Both the position numbers and the translations under genes were made by a program. Positions 9,624 to 17,695 of a stretch of 64,000 nt of DNA are shown here, in pieces. The notes beneath the pieces were generated by a model that searched no databases, had not been told where the DNA came from, and saw only the letters and a list, made by a program, of their open reading frames with translations. The stretch comes from Pseudomonadota bacterium (GTDB lineage: Bacteria; Desulfobacterota; Desulfobacteria; Desulfobacterales; JBDRRP01). The stretch's first letter is position 1. The number at the start of each line of letters is the position of its first letter. The stretch covers positions 1 to 64,000 of the forward strand of contig JBDRRP010000011.1 of the NCBI GenBank assembly GCA_043825735.1. Reading direction: 5' to 3'.

Positions 9624-10568
9624 GTGCGGTCACCGGATTCATGGCACCAGGCGAAGGATGTGGCAAACGGCGTCGCCTTCACCTGCATGCTCTTTGCGCT
9701 GTCGGCGACGCTACCGGTTGCGGGAGCTGTCAGCGCGATGCTTGTCCCCCTACCGCTGATGTTTTATCGCACCAAGCGGGGACGCGGTGCCGCTGCAGCC
9801 ATCGCAGTCATTGCCTTCATCGCCACGGCGATGGTCATGGGCGCTCAGGTACTGGACGCCTTTTTCCTGGGGCAGTTGCTCGTGGCCGGGCTCATTTTAG
9901 GGGAGCTGATCCAATGGCGTCTTCCCATCGAGCATACCGTGGCGCTCAACTGCCTGGGTGTGTTGGGGATCGTCGGCGCAGCGCTGGGCATATATAGTTT
10001 AAGCCAGGGGATCGGACTGGTGGCAATGGTCACCGATGCGGTTCGGGGCAGCCTTGAAGCCACACTGGTCCTGTACAAAGAAATGGGCATGAGTGCGGAG
10101 TACGTAACGCGCATCGAAGATGCCCTGGGCCAGATCACCTATGTGATTGTGCGTGTAACGCCGTCGCTGATGGTATCATCGCTGATTTTCATCTCCTGGG
10201 CCAACCTGGTCATCGCCCGGCCCCTGTTCGCCAGCCGGAATCTGCCATACCCGGATTTCGGCCGATTAAACCGGTGGGCCGCCCCGGATTTTATGGTGTG
10301 GCTGCCCATCGCATCCGGCATGGCATTGATGCTGCCGGCCAAATGGCTTAAGATCATTGGCATCAATGGTCTTTTGGTGGCAAGTGTCGTTTATTTCTTT
10401 CAGGGAATCGCCATCGTCTCGTTCTTTTTCGAGGCCAAACGCTTCCCCAAACTGTTGCGTGTGATGATATACGCCTTGATCGCGGTACAACAGATCCTGG
10501 CACTGCTGGTCATCGGCCTCGGCCTGTTCGACATGTGGCTGGACCTGAGAAAACTAAAACGCCAGTAG
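9624..10568 (+). CDS. DUF2232 (YybS-like) membrane protein
   Basis: Multi-TM protein with YFFQGIAIV...GLGLFDMWLDLR, in the usual position between rpsR and rplI. Confidence 0.85.
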   Translation: MRSPDSWHQAKDVANGVAFTCMLFALSATLPVAGAVSAMLVPLPLMFYRTKRGRGAAAAIAVIAFIATAMVMGAQVLDAFFLGQLLVAGLILGELIQWRLPIEHTVALNCLGVLGIVGAALGIYSLSQGIGLVAMVTDAVRGSLEATLVLYKEMGMSAEYVTRIEDALGQITYVIVRVTPSLMVSSLIFISWANLVIARPLFASRNLPYPDFGRLNRWAAPDFMVWLPIASGMALMLPAKWLKIIGINGLLVASVVYFFQGIAIVSFFFEAKRFPKLLRVMIYALIAVQQILALLVIGLGLFDMWLDLRKLKRQ

Positions 10569-10604
10569 CACGGATCACCACCGTGTTGACCCTTGGAGGA
10601 AACC

Positions 10605-11048
10605 ATGAAACTGATTTTGACCGAAACCATTGAATCTCTCGGCATCATCGGCAGCGAAGTCGATGTGGCAAAGGGATACGCCCGCAATTACCTGCTGCCC
10701 CAGGATAAGGCCGTGCTTGCCACTGCCGCCAACCGAAAAATGATGGAAGGCCAGCGCAAGAAATTCGATCTCCAGATCGCCAAGGAGAAAGCGTTCGCCG
10801 AAGAGATGGCCAAACGTCTGGAAGGTGTCGTCTGCACCATCCCGGCCAAGGCCGCCGATGAGCTTCGGCTCTACGGTTCCATCACCACCCGGGATATTAT
10901 CGATGCGCTGGCCAAGCAGGACATCACCGTCGAAAAACGGATGGTCCTGCTCAAGGACCCCATCAAGGAACTGGGCACCCATTCGGTGTCGATCCGTGTC
11001 TACACCGGCGTGGAACCCGAAATTACCGTGGAAGTGGTTCCCGAGTAG
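10605..11048 (+). CDS. rplI: 50S ribosomal protein L9
   Basis: MKLILTE...LG..G..VDVAKGYARNYLLP, LYGSIT and PIKELG. Confidence 0.97.
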   Translation: MKLILTETIESLGIIGSEVDVAKGYARNYLLPQDKAVLATAANRKMMEGQRKKFDLQIAKEKAFAEEMAKRLEGVVCTIPAKAADELRLYGSITTRDIIDALAKQDITVEKRMVLLKDPIKELGTHSVSIRVYTGVEPEITVEVVPE

Positions 11049-11358
11049 GGATCCGCGCCCACTGGGCCGCGCCGAGCCCGAGCGGGTCGGCATCGCCATG
11101 CCGGAGAACGGCGTGGAACGCCCACTGGCGATAGCAAACGGCACCCGGATAACGGCCCGGCGCCTCCCTGTTTTTTTCAATAACCGGGGTGCGCCGGGCC
11201 GCACCCCAAGGCCGTGATCAAGCGCGTTGCGCCAGCAACGACCGTTACCGTTTCGACACCGCGCGATGCGCCGGGTTTGAAGAAACAATCAATAAACGGA
11301 GCGGGCCGGGCAGCGGCGGCTTTGAAACGCCGCGACCCGATGCTTGCAGGTGGTGTTG

Positions 11359-12723
11359 ATGCCTGTCACCTCACAACGTCAATCCGATCCGTCACTGCAT
11401 CATGTCCCGCCTCAGAGCCTTGAGGCCGAGGAATCGATCCTCAGCGCCATTCTCATCGACAACGAAGTGCTCTTCGATGTCGTCGAAGTGCTCTCTCCGG
11501 ATGACTTTTACAAAACCAAAAACCGGCTCATCTTCACGGCCATCATCGAGCTGTTTTCCAAAAATGAACCGGTGGACCTGGTCACTCTCTCCAATGCGCT
11601 CCAGACCACCGGTGAGCTGAGCAATGTGGGCGGCGCCGCGTACCTTGCCGAAATGGTGGACAAGGTCCCTGCCGCGGCCAATGCCGTGCACTATGCCCGT
11701 ATCGTCCATGACAAGGCATGCCTGCGGCGGCTCATCGAAAAGAGCAACGCCGTCATCAAACGCTGCTACGCCGACCAGGGCGATGTGGACGACGTGCTCA
11801 ACTATGCCGAAAGCGCCATTTTCGAGATATCCGAAAACAAGATCAAGCCGGCATTTTACCCCATCGGCAAGCTCATCGAAAGCAATATCGACATGCTGGA
11901 GGAGCGCCAGGGCAACAAGGCGCTCATCACCGGCGTGCCCACCGGATACGGCAAACTCGACCACATGACCGCAGGCTTGCAGGGCTCTGACCTGGTGATC
12001 CTCGCCGCCAGGCCCAGTATGGGCAAGACCGCGCTAGCGCTTAACATCGCCCGAAACGCGGCCGTTGAAGGCCATGTTCCCACGGCCGTTTTCTCCCTCG
12101 AGATGTCCAAAGAGCAGTTGTCGCTGAGGATGCTGTGCGCTGAGGCTCGAATCGACTCGTCACGGCTGCGCAGCGGATTCTTCAGCCGGGACGACTGGGT
12201 CAAGCTCACCGACGCCGCCGGCGTCCTGAGCGAGGCGCCCATCTATATCGACGACGCCCCGGACCTTTCCGCCATGACAATCCGCGCCAAGGCCCGGCGG
12301 CTCAAGATGGACAAGGACCTTGGGCTCATCTTCATCGACTACCTCCAGCTCATGAGAGGCCAGGGGAATCAGGAGCGGCGCGATCTGGAAATCTCCGACA
12401 TCTCCAGGTCACTGAAGATTCTCGCCAAGGAGCTGAACGTGCCCGTGGTGGCCTTATCGCAGCTGAACCGGAAACTGGAGGAACGCAGCGACAAACGCCC
12501 CCAGCTCTCCGATCTCCGGGAGTCCGGGGCGCTGGAGCAGGATGCCGACGTCGTGGCCTTTATCTACCGCGATGAAGTCTACAACAAGGACGAAAACAAC
12601 CCCAACCGCGGCAAGGCCGAACTGATCATCGCCAAGCAGCGCAACGGCCCCGTAGGCACGGTGCCCCTCACCTTCCTCCACGCCTATACCCGATTCGAAA
12701 ACCCGGTAGCCGAGGCCCTGTAG
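11359..12723 (+). CDS. dnaB: Replicative DNA helicase
   Basis: PPQSLEAEESIL, AARPSMGKT, IDYLQLM, SQLNR and SDLRESGALEQDAD. Confidence 0.97.
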   Translation: MPVTSQRQSDPSLHHVPPQSLEAEESILSAILIDNEVLFDVVEVLSPDDFYKTKNRLIFTAIIELFSKNEPVDLVTLSNALQTTGELSNVGGAAYLAEMVDKVPAAANAVHYARIVHDKACLRRLIEKSNAVIKRCYADQGDVDDVLNYAESAIFEISENKIKPAFYPIGKLIESNIDMLEERQGNKALITGVPTGYGKLDHMTAGLQGSDLVILAARPSMGKTALALNIARNAAVEGHVPTAVFSLEMSKEQLSLRMLCAEARIDSSRLRSGFFSRDDWVKLTDAAGVLSEAPIYIDDAPDLSAMTIRAKARRLKMDKDLGLIFIDYLQLMRGQGNQERRDLEISDISRSLKILAKELNVPVVALSQLNRKLEERSDKRPQLSDLRESGALEQDADVVAFIYRDEVYNKDENNPNRGKAELIIAKQRNGPVGTVPLTFLHAYTRFENPVAEAL

Positions 12724-12842
12724 GCGGTGAACCGCCGCGCCGCATGGCAACGAGCGCCTGCCGGTCCGGCATTTTGGGGAGATACCGCGGTGGGCAGTTT
12801 AGAGCCATCGCCATAAAAATATACCATTTAAACAACGACGCC

Positions 12843-12930
12843 GGGTGACCATCGCTATCGCTATCGGCGGTAGAAAAATCGATACCGATATCGATCCCGA
12901 CCCCGAGAGGGGCTTGCGAATGAAACGGAA
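12843..12930. repeat. 6-bp-period inverted-array element, copy 1
   Basis: GGTGACCATCGCTATCGCTATCG...CGATACCGATATCGATCCCGACCCCGAGAGGG...ATGAAACGGA. It resembles the reverse complement of 54262-54373. Confidence 0.75.
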
Positions 12931-12957
12931 CATGACCACCACTGAGACACCACGCCC

Positions 12958-14640
12958 ATGAAGCGCGTATTCGGCAATACCGAAGGATTAAAAACGCTCC
13001 AGTTGCAGCAGCTTGACCGGCTGTACCGTCGCCGGATTCCTCCCGCGCTCATTATCACCGGCGACCTGGCACGGGAGATGGCCCAGCTATCCCACGACAT
13101 GCGTCGACAAGTGGGAGTCCTGGTAAACCGCCAAGGGCGCATCACCCACGTCATCGTGGGAACCCACCAGCAGATCTATCTGCCCGACACCGAAGACTAC
13201 CGCGCCGCTCCGGATCGGCTGAAAGGGCTTCGCTGCATCCACACGCACCTGGACGCAGAGCCCCTCACCAAGGATGATCTCACCGACCTGGCACTGTTGC
13301 GGTTGGACCTCATGGTCGCGGCCACCGTGACGGCCGATGGCGCCCCGCACCACTTTCACGTGGCACACCTGCTGCCGGCGGCGGATGCGGCTACACCGTA
13401 TTCGGTGCTTGCCCCCATGCGCGCGGACCGGTTGGACATGGACTGCCTTGCCACGATCCTGGCCATCGAGGAAGAAATGGCCCACCTTGGAGCTGCCCGT
13501 GATGCCGGGGGAACCGGTGAGAAGGCCGTCCTGGTGAGCGTAACGACGGCACCGCGAAAAATCGCCGAGGACAGTCTCAGTGAACTGCGAGAACTGGCAC
13601 GATCCGGAGGCGTGGAGGTGGTGGATTCGGTGCTGCAGTCCCGGAAAAAAATCGATCCCCGATTTCTCCTGGGACAGGGTAAATTGCAGGAACTGACCAT
13701 CGGGGCCATGCAGCGCGGTGCGAATCTCATCGTATTTGATCAGGAACTGAACCCTTCACAGATCCGATCCATCACCGATCTGATCACCATAAAAGTGATC
13801 GACCGCACACAGCTGATACTCGATATTTTCGCTCAGCGTGCCCGTTCACGGGAGGGCAAGCTCCAGGTTGAACTGGCTCAGCTCAAGTACCTCATGCCCC
13901 GCCTCGTTACCAAGAACACCGCCATGAGCCGGCTGACCGGTGGCATCGGCGGCCGGGGTCCTGGCGAAACAAAGCTTGAAATCAACCGACGGCGGGTCCG
14001 TGATCGCATCGGTCGCCTGGAGGATCAACTCCGAAAAGTCAGAAAACAGCGGGGACAGCAGAAGGCCAAACGGCAGAAGATCGGGCTGCCGGTGATTTCC
14101 ATCATCGGGTACACCAACGCCGGCAAATCGACCCTGCTCAACACGCTGACCCACAGTGGCGTGCTGGCGGAAAATCGGCTCTTTGCCACCCTGGATCCCA
14201 CCAGTCGGCGGCTCCGATTCCCCCAGGACCTCGACGTCATCATTACCGACACGGTTGGATTCATCCGCGACTTGCCCAAAGATCTCGTGAGCGCCTTCCG
14301 GGCGACGCTCGAGGAATTGGAAAGCGCCGATTTGCTCTTGCACGTCATCGATATCAGCAATCCGAGGTTCATCCAACAAATCCAATCCGTCGAGACGATC
14401 CTGACCTCCCTCGGCCTCAATAACATTGCCTGCCTGAGGGTTCTCAACAAGGCGGATCTGCTGCCAGATGCGCATGTGGCCGACCTCGTGGCACGTTATG
14501 GCGGGATTGCCGTCGCCGCCACCCACCGCGCCTCCCTTCAGCCCCTCATCAGCCGCGTCGTATCCATGATAGAACCCCTGCCGGAGCCAGGATTTACATA
14601 TGGTCCCGCCGAGGATGGATTCCCGCCCGATAATGATTGA
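12958..14640 (+). CDS. hflX: GTPase HflX, long form with N-terminal extension
   Basis: LILDIFAQRA..REGKLQVELAQL, GPGETKLE, GYTNAGKST, LFATLD and TDTVGFI. Confidence 0.95.
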   Translation: MKRVFGNTEGLKTLQLQQLDRLYRRRIPPALIITGDLAREMAQLSHDMRRQVGVLVNRQGRITHVIVGTHQQIYLPDTEDYRAAPDRLKGLRCIHTHLDAEPLTKDDLTDLALLRLDLMVAATVTADGAPHHFHVAHLLPAADAATPYSVLAPMRADRLDMDCLATILAIEEEMAHLGAARDAGGTGEKAVLVSVTTAPRKIAEDSLSELRELARSGGVEVVDSVLQSRKKIDPRFLLGQGKLQELTIGAMQRGANLIVFDQELNPSQIRSITDLITIKVIDRTQLILDIFAQRARSREGKLQVELAQLKYLMPRLVTKNTAMSRLTGGIGGRGPGETKLEINRRRVRDRIGRLEDQLRKVRKQRGQQKAKRQKIGLPVISIIGYTNAGKSTLLNTLTHSGVLAENRLFATLDPTSRRLRFPQDLDVIITDTVGFIRDLPKDLVSAFRATLEELESADLLLHVIDISNPRFIQQIQSVETILTSLGLNNIACLRVLNKADLLPDAHVADLVARYGGIAVAATHRASLQPLISRVVSMIEPLPEPGFTYGPAEDGFPPDND

Positions 14641-14675
14641 CATCCCCGGAAGAAGGCGGTTACAAGGTGCGCAAT

Positions 14676-15464
14676 ATGAATGTAGAGTTGTTCAGAAACA
14701 CGGGCGTCGCCGCGGCTTACGCCGGGGCCGCGTGCCTCAGACGCTATCACGGCCACCTGAAAAGCGTCACCAAAAAAGGTGCCATTGATCTGGTCACCGA
14801 AGCCGATATGGCCTCGGAGGTCGCTATCATCGACACCCTGCGAGCGGCTTTTCCCGATCATGCCATTCTTTCCGAAGAAGCCGGCGCCGTAGGCCAGACA
14901 TCGACCTTCCAGTGGATTATCGACCCGCTGGACGGCACCACTAATTTTGTCCACGGACTCGGCATCTGCGGCATTTCCATTGCCCTGAGCGTGGCGGGCA
15001 GCGTGGTCTGCGGCATTGTCCTCAATCCCTTCGAAAATGAGCTTTTCACTGCTACCGCCGGCGGTGGTGCCGGCCTCAACGGCCACCCGATACGGGTCTC
15101 CGACACGTCATCCATGGCCGACAGTCTGCTGGTCACCGGATTTCCCTACAACGTGTCGGAATTGCTGCCGGAAGTCCTGAAGCGGATGGGCAACTGCCTG
15201 AGCGCCTCCATGGGCGTGCGTCGACTCGGCGCGGCAGCACTGGATCTATGCTACGTCGCTGCCGGAAGGTTCGAAGGATTCTGGGAACAGCACCTCAAAC
15301 CCTGGGACACGGCAGCAGGGATGCTCATCGCCGCCGAAGCCGGGGCAACGGTCACGGATATGGCCGGTGCGCCTTACCATATTCAGTCGCCCGCCATCGT
15401 GGCCACCAACGGCCGCATTCACAAAGAACTACTCACCGCACTGACAATCGAGGAGAATGCATGA
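14676..15464 (+). CDS. suhB: Inositol monophosphatase family protein
   Basis: DLVTEAD, WIIDPLDGTTNF, RRLGAAALDL and WDTAAG. Confidence 0.9.
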   Translation: MNVELFRNTGVAAAYAGAACLRRYHGHLKSVTKKGAIDLVTEADMASEVAIIDTLRAAFPDHAILSEEAGAVGQTSTFQWIIDPLDGTTNFVHGLGICGISIALSVAGSVVCGIVLNPFENELFTATAGGGAGLNGHPIRVSDTSSMADSLLVTGFPYNVSELLPEVLKRMGNCLSASMGVRRLGAAALDLCYVAAGRFEGFWEQHLKPWDTAAGMLIAAEAGATVTDMAGAPYHIQSPAIVATNGRIHKELLTALTIEENA

Positions 15465-15658
15465 TCCACGCGGCCAACCTAAAAATGGTCTTCGGCACAC
15501 ATTTCAGCTGTTTTGGCGAATTCGACCTTCAGGACAGGATCTGTAAGTGCTATTGCGCGCTTCGCATCCGCTGTGCCGTTGAAAAAGACCAGAGCACGCG
15601 CATGGAACTGCTGGATGATTTTATCTCGCCTGAAATGATGTATGCCATCACCCAGTAA
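15461..15658 (+). CDS. Small Cys-rich hypothetical protein (65 aa)
   Basis: GAGGAG RBS, ATGA overlap with the suhB stop, CFGEF...ICKCYCALRIRC, and a terminator immediately after. Confidence 0.65.
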   Translation: MIHAANLKMVFGTHFSCFGEFDLQDRICKCYCALRIRCAVEKDQSTRMELLDDFISPEMMYAITQ

Positions 15659-15678
15659 TTCGCTTTCACACAAACACG

Positions 15679-15715
15679 AAACGGCACCCCATTCGGAGTG
15701 CCGTTTTTATTTTTT
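15679..15715 (+). terminator. Rho-independent terminator
   Basis: AAACGGCAC-loop-GTGCCGTTT followed by a T-tract, between convergent genes. Confidence 0.75.
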
Positions 15716-15716
15716 G

Positions 15717-15752
15717 GTTTTTCTTCGTGCACTTCGTGGCCTTCGTGGTTCA
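15717..15752 (-). repeat. 9-bp-period array (CACGAAG x3)
   Basis: The reverse complement reads TGAACCACGAAGGCCACGAAGTGCACGAAGAAAAAC. A similar copy lies at 48965-48999. Confidence 0.65.
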
Positions 15753-15800
15753 CGCGCAGTGCCGAGGGGATTTGTTTTTTCCTCGCCGAGGAAACCCGCG

Positions 15801-17147
15801 TTAGAATTTCCCCGATTCCAGTTTCTGGCAGAGCACATCCACCTGACGCCGAAATGATCCGTTTTGCTGGAGCTCTCGTTCTATCGTGTTGATGGAATGC
15901 ATCGCGGTGGCATGGTACCGGTTAAAGCTTTTTCCGATCGTCTGCAGAGGAGAGTCAGTATAGCGCCGGGAAAGATAGATGGCAATCTGTCGGGGTTTCA
16001 CGTAGCATTGTCGTCTGGATTTTGACTCTATGTCTTTGAGTGAAATCCTAAATTCCCGGCTCACCAGGTTCTTGATACTCTCGATGGAGATTTTCTCACG
16101 GGTACGGATGATGTTGCCCACGACACTGGTGGCCAGTGAAAGCTCGATGGGCAACCCTAACAACGAAGACTTGGCAATGACCCCGATGAGTCCGCTTTCC
16201 AGTTGCCGGACATCGTCGGTCAACTCAGACGCCAGATAGTTGATCACTTCCTTTGGCAGACTGGCCCCCCGCAGTGCCGCCTTGCGATTGAGTATCCTTA
16301 CACGGGTCTTGAAATCGGGCGCATCAATCGTTGAGATGAGGCCGCTGCCCAGGCGGGAGCGGATTTTGTCGTCCAGTTTGGGTATCTCCACCGGAAGGTA
16401 GCAACTGGAAAAAATTATTTTTTTGTTGGCTTCCAGCAAAGAATCCAGCGTTTGGGACAACTCGATCTGGGTGCGCTCTTTGCCGCTGATATGGTGCACG
16501 TCTTCCAGCAGCAGCACGTCGCAACCATTTCGATACTTTTCCTTGAATGCATTAAAGTCATCGTGGCGAAAAGCGGTAATCATCTCGTTGGTGAAATCCT
16601 CGGCCGTGATGTAATAGACTTTTTCGCGCGGGAATTCCGTCAGGATGTGATGACCGATGGCCTGAGCCAAATGGCTTTTTCCCATACCGGTGGCCGACAG
16701 CAGGTAGAGCGTGTTCTGGCCGTTGTTGCGCTTTGAGGCCAGCGACAATGATGCGCTATAGGCAAAATCGTTGTTACCCCCCACCACGAACTGATCGAAG
16801 GTGAAATCCTTTCTCAGCAGACGCCCGCTGTGGGGCCTGATACTCATCTGGGGGAGCGCCAGCTGAAATTCATCCTGCGATTCGCAGTGCTTGCGAACCT
16901 GACCGTTGGCGATCTCGATGGCCACCCGGCAATTTCCCCCCGCAACGCGCGAGGCCTCCGCTTCAATCAACCCGCCGTAGATTTCGAGGACGCGTTTTCG
17001 AGAGAAAAAATTGGGTGATGCCATAACGAGGTGGTTGTCGTCAAAGGACAACATCTCCAGCGGTTCGATCCACATCCGGTAGCTGTGCGCCGGGATCTGT
17101 AATTTCAAGGCGGATTTAATGTCAGTCCAGAGGGATTCGATGGGCAT
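15801..17147 (-). CDS. dnaA: Chromosomal replication initiator DnaA (divergent motifs)
   Basis: Domain I WIEPL, FTFDQFVVG..N.FAY, TGMGKSHL, YITAEDFTNE, DVRQLES and PRQIAIYLSRRYT. No dnaN follows it. Confidence 0.92.
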   Translation of the reverse strand: MPIESLWTDIKSALKLQIPAHSYRMWIEPLEMLSFDDNHLVMASPNFFSRKRVLEIYGGLIEAEASRVAGGNCRVAIEIANGQVRKHCESQDEFQLALPQMSIRPHSGRLLRKDFTFDQFVVGGNNDFAYSASLSLASKRNNGQNTLYLLSATGMGKSHLAQAIGHHILTEFPREKVYYITAEDFTNEMITAFRHDDFNAFKEKYRNGCDVLLLEDVHHISGKERTQIELSQTLDSLLEANKKIIFSSCYLPVEIPKLDDKIRSRLGSGLISTIDAPDFKTRVRILNRKAALRGASLPKEVINYLASELTDDVRQLESGLIGVIAKSSLLGLPIELSLATSVVGNIIRTREKISIESIKNLVSREFRISLKDIESKSRRQCYVKPRQIAIYLSRRYTDSPLQTIGKSFNRYHATAMHSINTIERELQQNGSFRRQVDVLCQKLESGKF

Positions 17148-17159
17148 AGGTCTCAATAT

Positions 17160-17645
17160 CAGAAATCAGTTGTCCGAGATAATCACGGATCAGGTAAACA
17201 CACAAAAAAATCAAATTGTTCAGATGATATTGCCAGGTTATCCGAGATCTCGGATCAAACGGCAGAGATGTTTCAAGAATGGTCTTCTTTTTATGCCCCC
17301 TGAAGATCCGAGTCAATCCGAATGATTGCCATATATCAGATCTTCGCCGGCAAGTTATGAACAACCTGTAATATACTGAAAACGATTATGATATTTTCCA
17401 TTTTTTTATAAATCCGCTTAATTTGAGGCATTGCAGCACAGTGAGGATTTTCAACTATTTTAGCCAGATCCACATCGGTGGACTAAAAGGGAGCGACCCG
17501 TGTTTTCTCATAAATACTCTGTTTTTCTCATATTAGCTCTATTTTTTAAATTTATTAGCGGAGGATTAGCCCAAAACTGCTTCCCGGCCCGCCAATGACG
17601 GCCTGGCGCCGATAACGGGCCGGTTTACAAAGAAACTGTCCACAG
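17160..17645. promoter_or_regulatory. Candidate oriC / dnaA regulatory region
   Basis: AT-rich intergenic region upstream of dnaA with repeated NN(A/G)TCCGAG motifs, several GATC sites, three roughly 20-bp AT-rich direct repeats (17501-17559) and the degenerate boxes TTATGAACA and CTGTCCACA. Confidence 0.45.
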
Positions 17646-17695
17646 ATAAGATGCCGTCTTCAGACGTGATGGACATCGGCAAGGGAAAGGGGCAC

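Noticed and set aside
11049..11358. GC-rich rplI-dnaB spacer as a possible ncRNA
   Set aside because: Only short GC stems of the kind expected by chance; no recognisable RNA family.
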